Counted from the first letter of the stretch, positions 41,300 through 52,366 are shown. The stretch is 64,000 nucleotides of DNA from Thermodesulfobacteriota bacterium (GCA_034189385.1 JAXHVD010000015.1:58497-122496), one strand, 5' to 3'. Program-made: numbers and translations. Notes: a model not told the origin generated them from the letters alone.

Positions 41300-41523
41300 A
41301 GGGTCATGAGAAGTCAAGGGGTTTCCTTCCTTTACTCCTACACGTAACGCCTCAAAGCCTTGCCTGGCCCTTTACGCCGGCCACATCAGACGTCACCTGT
41401 CATGCCACGGTGAAGCAATTATAAGACGGCCCTTTACATTCTTCAGATCATACATATCTTATAAAAACGTCATCCCCAGACTCTGTGCGTGGACCATGGC
41501 ACGGAATGGTGAGGGATTTTCTT

Positions 41524-41853
41524 ATGCGCATTTGGGATATTGCCCCGGACAAGATGTGTCGTCAACATCTCCTTGGAGAACACAGGGAACTCCATGCCAT
41601 ATGGTCCATATTGACAAAGAATAAACGGGGATATGCCAACCATCCCGAAACCAAGAGGTGGCGAGGAAAACTGAAGGCATTGTACTGCAGGCACGGTTTA
41701 CTTGTAGAAGAAATGAGCAAAAGAGGTTACCAGCACCACAGTCCCCTTTCAAAGGGCTTGGCCACGGGACGCGACGTGCAATGCGAGGTCGTTGATTCCC
41801 TTGAAAGACAAAGACAACTCCTAAAAGACAAGGGATGTGGCTGCAACGTATGA
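41524..41853 (+). CDS. Pyrimidine-dimer DNA glycosylase/T4 endonuclease V-like protein
   Basis: MRIWDIAP...CRQHLLGEHRELH...NHPET...EMSKRGYQHHS. Confidence 0.75.
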   Translation: MRIWDIAPDKMCRQHLLGEHRELHAIWSILTKNKRGYANHPETKRWRGKLKALYCRHGLLVEEMSKRGYQHHSPLSKGLATGRDVQCEVVDSLERQRQLLKDKGCGCNV

Positions 41854-41927
41854 TAGGCCCCACAGTGACAAAGGGGTGTTTCCCCGTAGCACAGGGATGA
41901 AAGAAACTTTCACATAAGGAGCAAGAC

Positions 41928-43139
41928 ATGACGATGATCAGTCCAGACGGTTTGGCAGCTCTGGAATTCGAGCTTACTTGGAACAGTGAGATGGGAAAAC
42001 ATACTGAGGTATATATGGCCGAGCATGCAAATCTGTGGCGGGACCTGCTTCCTGAAAAGGTGACGCAGTCCCTCACGGGGACAACGCCCGGAGAGTACAT
42101 TGAACATACTTTCCATCCAGGCGAATTGACAACGCCTTACTCGGAAAGGCGGCTCCACACTTTGGGCCATAGGCAATTTGAATCTCGGAAGATCAATGGT
42201 CGGCCCATCAGACCGCGATACGGCAGGTTCTATCCCAAAGGTCTTTTAAAGGGTCTTGCCGGCGTTTTCAGCAGCAACGTGGAACCATGCCGCTGCGTGG
42301 AGGTGGACCCTTCCCGTCTCTCCGTTGATTTCAATCACCCCCTTGCTGGCAAGGAGACGAAGCTCAAGGTCACCGTCCACGATGCAGGGGAAAAACCGAG
42401 CGATCGGGGAGGAAGGTTGACGGACTGGTTGGAAACGATAGCCGATGGTCCTGGTATGCAGATTCGAGCCAACGGAAAGCCGACTGATTTCTTCTCCGAC
42501 AATCCCTTTTCACGAGGAGACGAAAAGGACGACGCCATTTTTTACGAAAACCCTCGGCTGGTCACCCACGTTGATGCCAAGGCCCAGGAAATCATCACTA
42601 CCCTCTATGGGAAACAGCTCAAACCTGGAATGAAGGTCCTGGATCTCATGAGCAGTTGTGCATCTCACGTCCCTGAATCGCTTGACCTTCCCGCTCCCGT
42701 GGGACTGGGGCTAAACGCCGAAGAGATGGACCGCAATCCGAGACTGACAGAATCAGTGGTCCACGATCTCAATAAGGACCCCGCCCTGCCCTTCGATGCC
42801 CACAGCTTCGATGCGGTCATCTGCTCGGTCTCCGTGGAGTACATGGTCCAGCCCTTTGACGTATTTAGGGATGTGTCACGGGTGTTGAGGCCTGGGGGTC
42901 TATTCATTCACACTTTTTCCAATCGATGGTTTCCGCCAAAGGCGATCACCATATGGACAGAGCTAACCGAGTTTGAACGCATGGGCCTCGTCCTTGAGTA
43001 TTTTCTGAAATCAGGGGCCTACGAAAACCTGAAAACCTTTTCGGCACGGGGCTGGTCTCGCCCAGAGACGGATCGCTACTTTCCGGACATTCTTACGGCC
43101 GATCCTGTTTACGCCGTGTGGGGAGAAACGGCTCGGTAG
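41928..43139 (+). CDS. FKBP/SlyD-like N-terminal region fused to class I SAM-dependent methyltransferase
   Basis: VDFNHPLAGK (SlyD-type motif); FYENPRLVTHVD, VLDLMSS, FDAVICSVSVEY, RVLRPGG, FSNRWFP. Confidence 0.8.
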   Translation: MTMISPDGLAALEFELTWNSEMGKHTEVYMAEHANLWRDLLPEKVTQSLTGTTPGEYIEHTFHPGELTTPYSERRLHTLGHRQFESRKINGRPIRPRYGRFYPKGLLKGLAGVFSSNVEPCRCVEVDPSRLSVDFNHPLAGKETKLKVTVHDAGEKPSDRGGRLTDWLETIADGPGMQIRANGKPTDFFSDNPFSRGDEKDDAIFYENPRLVTHVDAKAQEIITTLYGKQLKPGMKVLDLMSSCASHVPESLDLPAPVGLGLNAEEMDRNPRLTESVVHDLNKDPALPFDAHSFDAVICSVSVEYMVQPFDVFRDVSRVLRPGGLFIHTFSNRWFPPKAITIWTELTEFERMGLVLEYFLKSGAYENLKTFSARGWSRPETDRYFPDILTADPVYAVWGETAR

Positions 43140-43245
43140 ACACGGGTCCCGGCAGGCCTTTCCAGACGATACCATCATTGTTTGCGAGGAAAAAAACGGA
43201 AGGTCCCGGAGCCGAGACAGAAAAACAAGGAGGGAAAAGCTTGGG

Positions 43246-43614
43246 CTATGCCTCTCCTATGGTGAAGTTCTGGATGAAATACGCCAGCTGAGATTTCTGA
43301 TGGCGGGTCGGTTCGACAAACTGTAGTCCACATCGTCTCATTGGAACAGCATCAAAAGGCCGCTTTGGGGCCACCCCATGAGAAATGATTCTAACCGGTA
43401 CTTTGCCCAGATAAAAACTGCCCCTGGCAAACAAGATGTCCAGCTCGAATAGTTCCTCTGACGGCCTCTTCGCAAGGGGATACCGAAAGCAAAGTCCATC
43501 GGTGCTGATGTCTATGATTTGGGCACGAGAGGTGAAATAGGGCCCGTAAATCACAAATGCACTGGGGGGCGCCTGCAATCGCCTGTGTGCCCGTTTTTCA
43601 GCGGCCAATCCCAT
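43246..43614 (-). CDS. PilZ-domain protein
   Basis: KRAHRR (RxxxR) and DISTDG (DxSxxG), CGLQF. Confidence 0.8.
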   Translation of the reverse strand: MGLAAEKRAHRRLQAPPSAFVIYGPYFTSRAQIIDISTDGLCFRYPLAKRPSEELFELDILFARGSFYLGKVPVRIISHGVAPKRPFDAVPMRRCGLQFVEPTRHQKSQLAYFIQNFTIGEA

Positions 43615-43617
43615 GGT

Positions 43618-44259
43618 CTATTTCAGGGCGTACTTGATGGTATAAGCGGCGATCTTCATGTATTCTTCAAATACAAACAGGACATAGTCGTCATTCTCTG
43701 CAAAGAAGTCCTCAATGGGTGTGTCGGGAAAAGAGGGACATGAGAAGATCTTCGCGTCGCTATCTCCAAACACCTTGTCCATGGCCATCCTCATCCGTCT
43801 GGCATGAGGCGCGTCAGTGACGACAATGACCGATTGAAAGGGGTGCTTTTGCCAGTACTCATGAAGGAGCTGGCAATCCGTAAAGCTACTCACTGAACCT
43901 TCCAAAATCGTAAGCTTTTCTAAAGGAAACCCTTCTTTCTGAAACACTTGCCTCAGGATGGATGTCCATGAGCAATTGCTCAATCCGTACGTCTCCTCAA
44001 ACTTTCTTGTCAACGGGGATTGTTTGGGAGCCGTTGCCACCAAGCGGTCACCCCAACCCTCTTTGAGCAAATGCACTGCATAGAGGAAGTTGGTGTCGAC
44101 ACGGCTGGCCGGCGCAAAAATGACTTCACATTTTATAAGGGGATCTTTCTTGGCAAGAAACTGGCCCAGGCCTTTGGCTGCCTGAAATCGAAGTAGAAAC
44201 AGTATCACCATTAGGAGAACCAAAACAAGGATGACCGTCAGAAGTCTTTTGATCTTCAT
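43618..44259 (-). CDS. YdcF/DUF218-family protein
   Basis: N-terminal TM; VIVVTDAPHARR; EYMKIAAY. Confidence 0.7.
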   Translation of the reverse strand: MKIKRLLTVILVLVLLMVILFLLRFQAAKGLGQFLAKKDPLIKCEVIFAPASRVDTNFLYAVHLLKEGWGDRLVATAPKQSPLTRKFEETYGLSNCSWTSILRQVFQKEGFPLEKLTILEGSVSSFTDCQLLHEYWQKHPFQSVIVVTDAPHARRMRMAMDKVFGDSDAKIFSCPSFPDTPIEDFFAENDDYVLFVFEEYMKIAAYTIKYALK

Positions 44260-44261
44260 AG

Positions 44262-45104
44262 CTAGGGAGTCCTCACAAGTCGAAAACCCAGAGTGCCTGC
44301 CTTGCTCTCTGGAAACCGTCCCACACGAATGGCCGACCGGCAGTCTTCAGCATCCTCATGCCAGCCCCCGCCTCGAAGCACACGGCCCGAGCCTGATGGA
44401 GGACCCCTTGGATCAGTAACAGGACCCGAGGGATACGAATCATACCAATCTTGACACCACTCCCACATATTCCCGTGCATGTCGTAAAGCCCAAAAGCGT
44501 TGGGGCGCTTTCGGGCTACAGGATGCGGTTTCTTGCCCGAGTTTCCACAATACCATCCCACAGCGTCCAGATGAGGGTCATGACCACACCCCGTCTCCAT
44601 GATGTTCCCGAAGGCAAAGGCCCTTTGGCTCCCTGCCCGACAGGCGTATTCCCACTCTGCTTCCGTAGGCAAACGATACTTGTTGCCGCCTTCTAAGCCG
44701 TTGAGCTGCTTGATGAATTCCTGGCAGTCGTTCCAGGAGACAAACTCCACCGGACAATTATCGCCGCAATCCTGAAAGTGTGACGGGTTATTGCCCATCA
44801 CCTCAAACCACTGCCCCTGGGTCACCTCCGTAGTCTGACAGTAGAACCCCTTCGTTAGAGTGACCACGCACTGGTGCTCATCGTCATGGCGCCCCGTCTC
44901 ATCTTCCGGGCTTCCCATGACAAAGGTGCCGGGAGGGATCGAAACAAATGTCATCCCCATAGAGTTGGTGAAGGGCGCCTCATGCTCAATGGAAGATCCT
45001 GCCAATCGTCTCTCACATGCCATTGCTGCAAACATGACCAAGAGCAGGATCCATATCATTCCCAGGCATCGTTTAATGCTGTCCCTTGCAGCATTCATAT
45101 TCAT
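44262..45104 (-). CDS. Formylglycine-generating enzyme (SUMF1/FGE-sulfatase) domain protein, probable lipoprotein
   Basis: FVMGSP, TEVTQGQW, RLPTEAEWEYACRAG, NAFGLYDMHGNMWEW, GFRL; start uncertain. Confidence 0.85.
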   Translation of the reverse strand: MNMNAARDSIKRCLGMIWILLLVMFAAMACERRLAGSSIEHEAPFTNSMGMTFVSIPPGTFVMGSPEDETGRHDDEHQCVVTLTKGFYCQTTEVTQGQWFEVMGNNPSHFQDCGDNCPVEFVSWNDCQEFIKQLNGLEGGNKYRLPTEAEWEYACRAGSQRAFAFGNIMETGCGHDPHLDAVGWYCGNSGKKPHPVARKRPNAFGLYDMHGNMWEWCQDWYDSYPSGPVTDPRGPPSGSGRVLRGGGWHEDAEDCRSAIRVGRFPESKAGTLGFRLVRTP

Positions 45105-45230
45105 TGGTTGCCTGGTGCGCAACGTCGTGCTGGGCACCTCCCAGTTGAGATGGCGACTGGTAGAGGGGCTGCCATCCCCTGCATCCCTCTCACCTTTTCC
45201 ATCTTGCAAAAAACCAACGGTCACAGAGGG

Positions 45231-46694
45231 CTACCCGTCAAAGCCTGCTATGGTCCCGCCGCGAAGCATGAAACGGGGACCCCGGTTCGAATCCGCTGCG
45301 TTACCTACCATTTCCAGGATCTTAGCACCGTCCCTGATAACAAACCCTGGGGCATCTGCCCTGGTCACCTGGTTGCCATTTAGCCTGATGGCGGTGGCCC
45401 CGTCAATAGCTATGCCAGCGCCAGCGCTACCTGACACAAGGTTGTCCTCAACGATGGCCACGGCACCATCAGAGACGGCCAACCCAACCACACCGGCATC
45501 ATAGACAAAATTGCCCACAAAACGGACGGGCTTTTTCATGGACCCTCCCCCACTGCATGCGATGGCTGGTCTGACATTGCCGTTCCGGTACACCACGTTG
45601 GTCATCAGATTTGGATGGGTTGGGCCGTCAATCGCATAAGCACCCTGGCGTTGGCCGACCTTGGCCAGTATGCCGCCACCGGCGTTGTCATGGACGATGT
45701 TTCCGATGATGACAGGCGCAGCCCCGTGCTTGGCCCCCATCCCCGGGGAGGGATCGTGACCCAGTTCGGCATCACTATTCAGAAACACCTCATTGCCAAG
45801 GAGATGGGGCGCAGAGAAATGGTTGCACCCGATACCGAGCCCCACGTTTTCCGAAACAATATTGTGGTAAATAACGGCCTCCGTCCTGTGTTTCACGTTT
45901 GCCCAGCGAAAGTCTCGCCTGGAAATCTTCTGGTCCTGATCGCCATATACAACATGGCTGCCAATGCCGGTACTTCCGTTCTTTCGCACATAGCAGTTCA
46001 TGATGACGGGGCTGGAACCCCGCACATTCAGGGCGTGGGCATGTCCCGGTACGTGGTGGTCCTGCTTAGGAAGATGTTGAATCGTGAACCCGTCCACAAT
46101 GGTATGACGGCCCACGCCTCCATCGAAATCGATCATGCCGTGATGGGACGGACTCGCTCTGGAACCGTCGATGATCGTACGGAGTGTCCTACGGGGAAGG
46201 CTCATGGTTGCGCCCTCCACGGTGACAGGTTCGTCACCACCCCCTGCTGAATCAGACGCCAGCTTCACACCGTCTTTCATGACGATCAACTCGTAGTAAG
46301 TACCGGGCATAACCACCACCATGTCCCCAGGTGCGGCAGCCTCGATGGCGTCCTGTATCGTCTTGAAATCGCCCGGGACACGAAGCCTCCTGCCCTTGTG
46401 GAATGCTGTGTCAATAAGTGGACCTGCCGCCTCCTCTGCCGCCTTGAGGGCCATGGCAACGGCAGCATCGATGGACGGGGGAACGACCTTTCCCAAGCTC
46501 TGCTGTTTCAGAATATTCTCGGGCAAGCCACCGACCTGGTCTTGCATCTGTCGCTTGCGTATTTCCCGTCTCTCCCAGGGCCTCTTCAGATCAGATCCCC
46601 AGGCGGACGCACCAAGATCATGTCCTAGGCCGACCATGAACACTGTTGCCACCAGCACCATGCCTGCCGCAAGTACCCTTTCCTTGCTCTTCAT
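45231..46694 (-). CDS. Secreted right-handed parallel beta-helix protein
   Basis: RVPGDFKTIQDAI...PGTYYE, repeated N..GI strands; signal peptide. Confidence 0.75.
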   Translation of the reverse strand: MKSKERVLAAGMVLVATVFMVGLGHDLGASAWGSDLKRPWERREIRKRQMQDQVGGLPENILKQQSLGKVVPPSIDAAVAMALKAAEEAAGPLIDTAFHKGRRLRVPGDFKTIQDAIEAAAPGDMVVVMPGTYYELIVMKDGVKLASDSAGGGDEPVTVEGATMSLPRRTLRTIIDGSRASPSHHGMIDFDGGVGRHTIVDGFTIQHLPKQDHHVPGHAHALNVRGSSPVIMNCYVRKNGSTGIGSHVVYGDQDQKISRRDFRWANVKHRTEAVIYHNIVSENVGLGIGCNHFSAPHLLGNEVFLNSDAELGHDPSPGMGAKHGAAPVIIGNIVHDNAGGGILAKVGQRQGAYAIDGPTHPNLMTNVVYRNGNVRPAIACSGGGSMKKPVRFVGNFVYDAGVVGLAVSDGAVAIVEDNLVSGSAGAGIAIDGATAIRLNGNQVTRADAPGFVIRDGAKILEMVGNAADSNRGPRFMLRGGTIAGFDG

Positions 46695-46997
46695 GGCACC
46701 CTCTATCAATATGCTCAGTGACCTTGTCTTTATCTCAATTCTTAAGCCCACGTCCCTGAATCCTTGAACCCTCCGCAAGCGGCCTGAATCCTGGACCCTT
46801 TTGTCTCCTGCGGCAGGATGTTTTCTGGATCTAGTGAGCAGATCCTTAGATGGATCGAAAGGCCAGATGGAAAGAAGTATAGGTAGAATTGACTGGAGTG
46901 TCAAGAAACAGACCATGGCCCAAGGAGGGGTCTCAGGGGCTATCCCTTTACCTAAAGGGCCATGACGAACTGCTGTCAGGGGGCATGGCCAAAGTTT

Positions 46998-47447
46998 TTA
47001 GAATATCCTATCCAAGACCAGATGAGAAAGGTAACCGAGCACACCGGCTAAGTAAAAGGGCAGAAGCTCTTGAAAAGGGAAGTCATAAAAGGTCATGGGC
47101 AACACAATGATCGGTGACGGGACCAAGAGCATGGCCCACCAGGTGTGGGTCCAGCCCCTGTGATGGCCAAGGGCGGGGAGCAAAGCGCAAAATCCCAAAA
47201 TGGCAGCCCATTTGTATTCCCCATTGATCATGAGCGCCAAATCCAAAATCGCAAAACACCCGTAAAACAGGTTCTGGCCCTTAGAATCGGTATCCGTATC
47301 TGGGAAGAGTGCCCCCATAAGGGCAATGCACAACAGTACCAGGGCTGTCTGGGGCTCAGGCCTGTAAACACCAAAACAGGTCACAGCAACTAGGCTCAAC
47401 CCTCCAAAAATCACGCCCCCTATGAGATGGCCTCTATACCCTGGCAT
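46998..47447 (-). CDS. YdjM-like membrane metal-dependent hydrolase
   Basis: GH...GALFPDTD, HRGWTHT, GYLSHLVLD. Confidence 0.82.
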   Translation of the reverse strand: MPGYRGHLIGGVIFGGLSLVAVTCFGVYRPEPQTALVLLCIALMGALFPDTDTDSKGQNLFYGCFAILDLALMINGEYKWAAILGFCALLPALGHHRGWTHTWWAMLLVPSPIIVLPMTFYDFPFQELLPFYLAGVLGYLSHLVLDRIF

Positions 47448-47534
47448 AAGTTCTCCATGATCCTTGCAGGTGCGGCGAGGTCCCCCTAGCTGCACTGAAC
47501 CCCACCTCCATGTCATAGAACAATGGCTGACCGC

Positions 47535-48335
47535 TCAAACAGCCCGCGCCAGTGTCAACACATCTACAAGCTCTGCACCTGCCTCCGCCAATACCCGAGC
47601 ACACTCATTGGCCGTTGACCCTGTAGTGTATACGTCGTCTATCAGGAGCACCCTCCGGCCTCTTATGCTTTCGGGGTTCCTCACGGCAAAGGCACGTCTC
47701 ATGTTCTTCTTGCGCTCCTTGCGGCTCAGGCTGGTCTGAGGTTCTGTCCAGCGGGTGCGTAACATCGCAAAGGCATCACAGGGAATCTCTTCCAGTTTTG
47801 CCCATCTCCTTATCATGAGATAGGCTTGATTGAATCCCCTTTCTCTTAGGCGCCTTATGTGCAAGGGCACGGGAATAAGGAGATCAATGGCCTCTGGACC
47901 CCAGAACTGACAAAAGGTCTCCTTGGTAAGGGCACTCAACGGTCTGGAAAGGGAAGTCTTCTTTGTGTACTTGAATCGATGAATGGCCTCCATAAGGCTT
48001 CCCTCATACACCCCAAAGGCCCTGGCCCTTCTGAAGTACTTCCTTTCTACCAGGCATTCAGAACAAGTGTGATCTTCTCCTTCCCTTGAGACAAAGGGAA
48101 GCCCACATGTTGAGCAAAGAGGGGAGGCAATTTCAGCGATGTTGCTCCGGCAAGATGCACAGAAGTACGGATCTGTGAGATGGGCCAAACGATCGGCTTT
48201 GCCCCTCTCCTCCACCTGTTGCCGGCGCTCAAAGGCACCACAAATAAGGCATTTGGGCGGAAGAATGGCCTCTACCAGGTCCTTGAAGAATCCTTCAAAT
48301 AAGGTGAGCAGAGACTTGTCTCTGTCCTTTGTCAT
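47535..48335 (-). CDS. comF: ComF-family protein (zinc ribbon plus phosphoribosyltransferase)
   Basis: CxxC pairs, PVPLH...RGFNQA, LIDDVYTTGST. Confidence 0.9.
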   Translation of the reverse strand: MTKDRDKSLLTLFEGFFKDLVEAILPPKCLICGAFERRQQVEERGKADRLAHLTDPYFCASCRSNIAEIASPLCSTCGLPFVSREGEDHTCSECLVERKYFRRARAFGVYEGSLMEAIHRFKYTKKTSLSRPLSALTKETFCQFWGPEAIDLLIPVPLHIRRLRERGFNQAYLMIRRWAKLEEIPCDAFAMLRTRWTEPQTSLSRKERKKNMRRAFAVRNPESIRGRRVLLIDDVYTTGSTANECARVLAEAGAELVDVLTLARAV

Positions 48336-48360
48336 GTGTCACTGGCCGTTTGTCATATCT

Positions 48361-49608
48361 TCACGAACCATGCAAACGGTCTACCACGGCTTGAGCAAAT
48401 TCTGAGCATCTAACCTCTTGGCCCTTTGACATCTGGCGGGCTAGATCGTACGTTACAATCCCCTCCGAGATGGTCTCCTCTATGGCCCGCTCAACAGTAG
48501 AACCAGCCTCCATCCATCCCAGGTGTTCCAGCATCATGACCCCTGAGAGCATCAGTGACACGGGATTTGCCGTGTCTTTGCCCGCATATTTGGGAGCTGA
48601 ACCGTGGGTGGCTTCAAAGACCGCGCATGTGTCTCCGATGTTCGCCCCAGGCGCCAAACCTAGCCCCCCCACCTGGGCAGCAAGGGCATCGGAGAGGTAG
48701 TCGCCGTTCAAATTAGGCGTGGCAATCACATGGTACGCGTCCGGCCGCAGGAGGACTTGCTGAAACATCATGTCTGCGATTCTGTCTTTTATGACGACTT
48801 TGTCCGATACTGTCTCTCCTCTCTGCTCCTGGGCTTCTGACTCAACAACAGTCTGCCCTCCAAACTGCTCACGTGCTACTTCATAGCCCCACTTCATGAA
48901 GGCCCCTTCCGTATGCTTCATGATGTTTCCTTTATGCACCAGGGTCACACTGGGCAGGTTCTGGTCCAGGGCATATTGTATGGCCCTTCTTACCAGTCGC
49001 CTCGAAGCCTGCCGACTCATGGGCTTAATCCCTAGGGCCGAGTCTTTATGTACACGAACCCCCATGTGATCCTCTAGAAAAGCAATGACCCTCTGGGCCT
49101 CAGGGCTTTCGGCCCCCCACTCTATCCCAGCGTAGACGTCCTCCGTGTTTTCCCGAAACACGACCATGTTAACCCTTTCAGGGTGCTTTACAGGACTGGG
49201 AACGCCTCTGATGTGACGAATCGGTCGAATACAGGCATACAAATCCAGGATCTGTCGCAATGTCACGTTAAGGCTACGAATCCCCTTACCCACCGGTGTC
49301 GTCAACGGCCCCTTTATGGCCACCCCGTGATCCATGATGGCCTGAAGAGTCCCTTCTGGAAGCCACTGGCCGGTCTCCCTAAAGGCCTTCTCACCTGCCA
49401 GGGCCTCTATCCACCTGATTGTGCGTTTTTCTCCATATGCCACGTGAACGGCAGCATCCAACACACGGCGACAAGCAGCCCAGATGTCAGGGCCGATGCC
49501 GTCTCCTTCAATAAAGGGGATCACAGGGGTGCCAGGCACCCCGGGGTTCGCCTTTGTCCTGGCCGTTGTTCCGTCTTTGGCCGTGTGCCTTTCTTCTTTA
49601 GTACCCAT
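48361..49608 (-). CDS. icd: NADP-dependent isocitrate dehydrogenase
   Basis: [48 protein letters not shown]. Confidence 0.95.
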   Translation of the reverse strand: MGTKEERHTAKDGTTARTKANPGVPGTPVIPFIEGDGIGPDIWAACRRVLDAAVHVAYGEKRTIRWIEALAGEKAFRETGQWLPEGTLQAIMDHGVAIKGPLTTPVGKGIRSLNVTLRQILDLYACIRPIRHIRGVPSPVKHPERVNMVVFRENTEDVYAGIEWGAESPEAQRVIAFLEDHMGVRVHKDSALGIKPMSRQASRRLVRRAIQYALDQNLPSVTLVHKGNIMKHTEGAFMKWGYEVAREQFGGQTVVESEAQEQRGETVSDKVVIKDRIADMMFQQVLLRPDAYHVIATPNLNGDYLSDALAAQVGGLGLAPGANIGDTCAVFEATHGSAPKYAGKDTANPVSLMLSGVMMLEHLGWMEAGSTVERAIEETISEGIVTYDLARQMSKGQEVRCSEFAQAVVDRLHGS

Positions 49609-49629
49609 CTCTTTTCCTCATAGAAGTGG

Positions 49630-51504
49630 TCATCCCGTGGCCCATTTCTTGAGATAGATTTGTACGATCGATATGGCCGCCGGCGTAATCCCGGAAACCC
49701 TTGAGGCTTGCCCAATGGAGATGGGACGAACTCTCAAAAGCTTCTCTTTAACCTCGTTAGAAAGCCCTGGAATCGCCCCATAATCAAAGTCATCTGGAAT
49801 CTTTGTGCCTTCCAAGCGTTCCGCTCGCTGAACCTGTTCTGTCTGACGTCGTATGTAACCATCATATTTGACCAGGATAGAGGCCTGTTCGGCAACCTCT
49901 TTGTCAAAAGAAAGGATGCGGTCGTCAAGCTTGGCCAGATCTTTGAGTCCTACTGCCGGCCTTTTGAGAAAATCTTTGAGGGTGGCTGGCTGATTGATTG
50001 GGCCAAGGCCAAGCTCTTGCAAAGTCCGATTCACTTCTGGCCTTGGAGTCAGGCGAAAGTCAGAAAGCAGGGCCAAGAGTCTGTCAATGGCCTCACGTTT
50101 CTTTTTGAATTTCTCGTAAACACCATGGGAGACAAGGCCCATTTCGTGTCCGATCTCTCGAAGGCGCAAGTCGGCGTTGTCCTCCCGAAGCAGGAGGCGG
50201 TACTCGGCCCTTGAAGTGAACATCCGATACGGTTCCTGGGTCCCCTTGGTCACCAGGTCATCAATCATGACTCCGATATAGGCCTGATCACGACCAAGAA
50301 TGATGGGGCCTTCTCCCCTAATCTGGCGGACGGCATTGATACCGGCCATGATCCCCTGGCCACCGGCCTCCTCGTAGCCGGAGGTGCCGTTGATCTGGCC
50401 AGCCAAGAACAACCCCCTAACGGCCTTGCATTCCAGACTCGGCTTGACCTGGATTGGATCCACATAATCGTATTCGATACCGTAGCCTGGTCGTACGATC
50501 TCCACCCTTTCAAGCCCCTCAATGGAACGAAGCATCTTTAACTGCACGTCCACCGGCAGGCTTGTTGGAACGCCATTGGGATAGATCTCTGTCGTGCCAA
50601 GCCCCATGGGTTCAAGAAAGATTTGGTGCCGAGATTTATCTGGAAATCTGACGACTTTATCCTCAATAGAGGGGCAGTAGCGGGCCCCAACACCCTTGAT
50701 GATCCCCGTGAAGAGGGGGGAACGATCAAGACCCGTTTTGATCATCTCATGGGCCTTCTTGTTGGTGTAGGTGATGTGGCATGGCACCTGCGCTTGCGTG
50801 AGAGACTCTGTCTCAAAGGAAAAGGGCACTGGAGGGTCATCTCCGAACTGTGGCTCCAGTCTGGAAAAGTCGATGGTCCGTCCGTCTAGGCGAGGGGTGG
50901 TTCCGGTTTTGAGGCGCCCCACGCTCAGGCCCAAGGCCCTCAGATGATCGGAAAGCTTGTTGGCGGCAGGGTCCCCCATACGCCCTGCCGAAAAATTCTT
51001 CAACCCTATGTGTATGAGCCCTTTCAGGAAAGTCCCTGTGGTCAGTATCACCGCCCTTCCATAAAACCTCTCCTGAATGCTCGTGATGACCCCTTTGACC
51101 ACGCCATCGTCTACAATCAGGCCATCAATGAGGGCCTGTTTCACGTCAAGATTGTCCTGAAGCTCCAAGACCTGCTTCATGCGAAGCCGATACTGCTCCT
51201 TGTCTGCCTGGGCCCTGGAAGACTGCACGGCAGGCCCCTTCTTTGTATTCAAACGGCGAAATTGAATGCCAGTGGCATCAATATTCTTGGCCATCTCCCC
51301 GCCTAAGGCATCGATTTCCCGTACAAGATGGCCTTTGGCCAAGCCCCCTATGGCTGGATTGCACGACATCTCTCCGATGTGGTCCACATTGATCGTAACC
51401 ATCAGGGTGGGGTGCCCCATCCGAGCGGCAGCCAGGGCGGCCTCACATCCCGCATGGCCGGCCCCGACTACAATGAGGTCATATGTTTTTGAAGATGTGG
51501 TCAT
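49630..51504 (-). CDS. mnmG: tRNA uridine-5-carboxymethylaminomethyl modification enzyme MnmG (GidA)
   Basis: GAGHAGCEAA, SCNPAIGG, RYCPSIEDK, AGQINGTSGYEEA. Confidence 0.97.
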   Translation of the reverse strand: MTTSSKTYDLIVVGAGHAGCEAALAAARMGHPTLMVTINVDHIGEMSCNPAIGGLAKGHLVREIDALGGEMAKNIDATGIQFRRLNTKKGPAVQSSRAQADKEQYRLRMKQVLELQDNLDVKQALIDGLIVDDGVVKGVITSIQERFYGRAVILTTGTFLKGLIHIGLKNFSAGRMGDPAANKLSDHLRALGLSVGRLKTGTTPRLDGRTIDFSRLEPQFGDDPPVPFSFETESLTQAQVPCHITYTNKKAHEMIKTGLDRSPLFTGIIKGVGARYCPSIEDKVVRFPDKSRHQIFLEPMGLGTTEIYPNGVPTSLPVDVQLKMLRSIEGLERVEIVRPGYGIEYDYVDPIQVKPSLECKAVRGLFLAGQINGTSGYEEAGGQGIMAGINAVRQIRGEGPIILGRDQAYIGVMIDDLVTKGTQEPYRMFTSRAEYRLLLREDNADLRLREIGHEMGLVSHGVYEKFKKKREAIDRLLALLSDFRLTPRPEVNRTLQELGLGPINQPATLKDFLKRPAVGLKDLAKLDDRILSFDKEVAEQASILVKYDGYIRRQTEQVQRAERLEGTKIPDDFDYGAIPGLSNEVKEKLLRVRPISIGQASRVSGITPAAISIVQIYLKKWATG

Positions 51505-51592
51505 CGTGTCTGGCGTCACCTTTATCAAGATAAAAGCTGAAGGCTCAACGCTCAAAGCAGAACAAGGAAGAGATTCTTCTTCGATTCAGCAT

Positions 51593-52366
51593 TCAGCTTT
51601 CAGCATTTAACTTCCCCTCTCTCAATCCCCTCAAGCTTCTCTGTCTCACTATCTCGTACATGACAATGGCCCCGGCCACAGCAGCATTCAGAGAGTCGAC
51701 CGTTGTCTTCTGAGGAATAGATACTAGATAATCACAGTTCTTGCGGACCAGCGGACGGAGCCCCTTGCCCTCACCGCCAACGACGAAGACCAAGCCCACA
51801 CTGAAATCAGCCTGAAAGACCTGCTGCTCTGAACTGCTGTGTCCCCCTACGATCCAAAGCCCTGCCTCCTTGAACCGTTGCAGGGCCGCCACAAGATTGG
51901 GAACCCGTGCAAAGAGCATGTGTTCCATCGCTCCGGCAGAGGCCTTTGATACGGCCGGCGACAAGGGTGCCGAACGGGCCCTGGTAAGAATCGTACCGTG
52001 GACCCCCAGACCTAAGGCCGTCCTCACAAGGGACCCCAAATTCTGGGGGTCCACCAAGCCGTCAAGGGCCAAGATCAAAGGAAGCTCGCTGTTTCCTTCG
52101 GCCTTTGCCAGGATGGCACTCTCAGAGGCAAGTGGAAGATGGCTGGCCCGGGCCGCAACGCCCTGGTGAACCGAATCTCCCAGTTGTGACTTAAAATAGC
52201 CCGAGCCCTTGTATTCTACTGGGACACCCTGGGTTCGAGCCAACTCTAATAGGGCTTGAATCCCTTTGGGACGCCGGCTTTTTGACACATAGACCTTTGA
52301 GAGCTTACGCCGACTGGCAGCAAGGGCCTCATGAACTGGATGGATCCCATAGAGAAGTTCGCTCAC
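51593..52366 (-). CDS. rlmB: 23S rRNA Gm2251 methyltransferase RlmB (TrmH family)
   Basis: HQGVAA, DPQNLGSLVR, GGEGKGLR, SLNAAVA. Confidence 0.9.
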   Translation of the reverse strand: MSELLYGIHPVHEALAASRRKLSKVYVSKSRRPKGIQALLELARTQGVPVEYKGSGYFKSQLGDSVHQGVAARASHLPLASESAILAKAEGNSELPLILALDGLVDPQNLGSLVRTALGLGVHGTILTRARSAPLSPAVSKASAGAMEHMLFARVPNLVAALQRFKEAGLWIVGGHSSSEQQVFQADFSVGLVFVVGGEGKGLRPLVRKNCDYLVSIPQKTTVDSLNAAVAGAIVMYEIVRQRSLRGLREGKLNAES

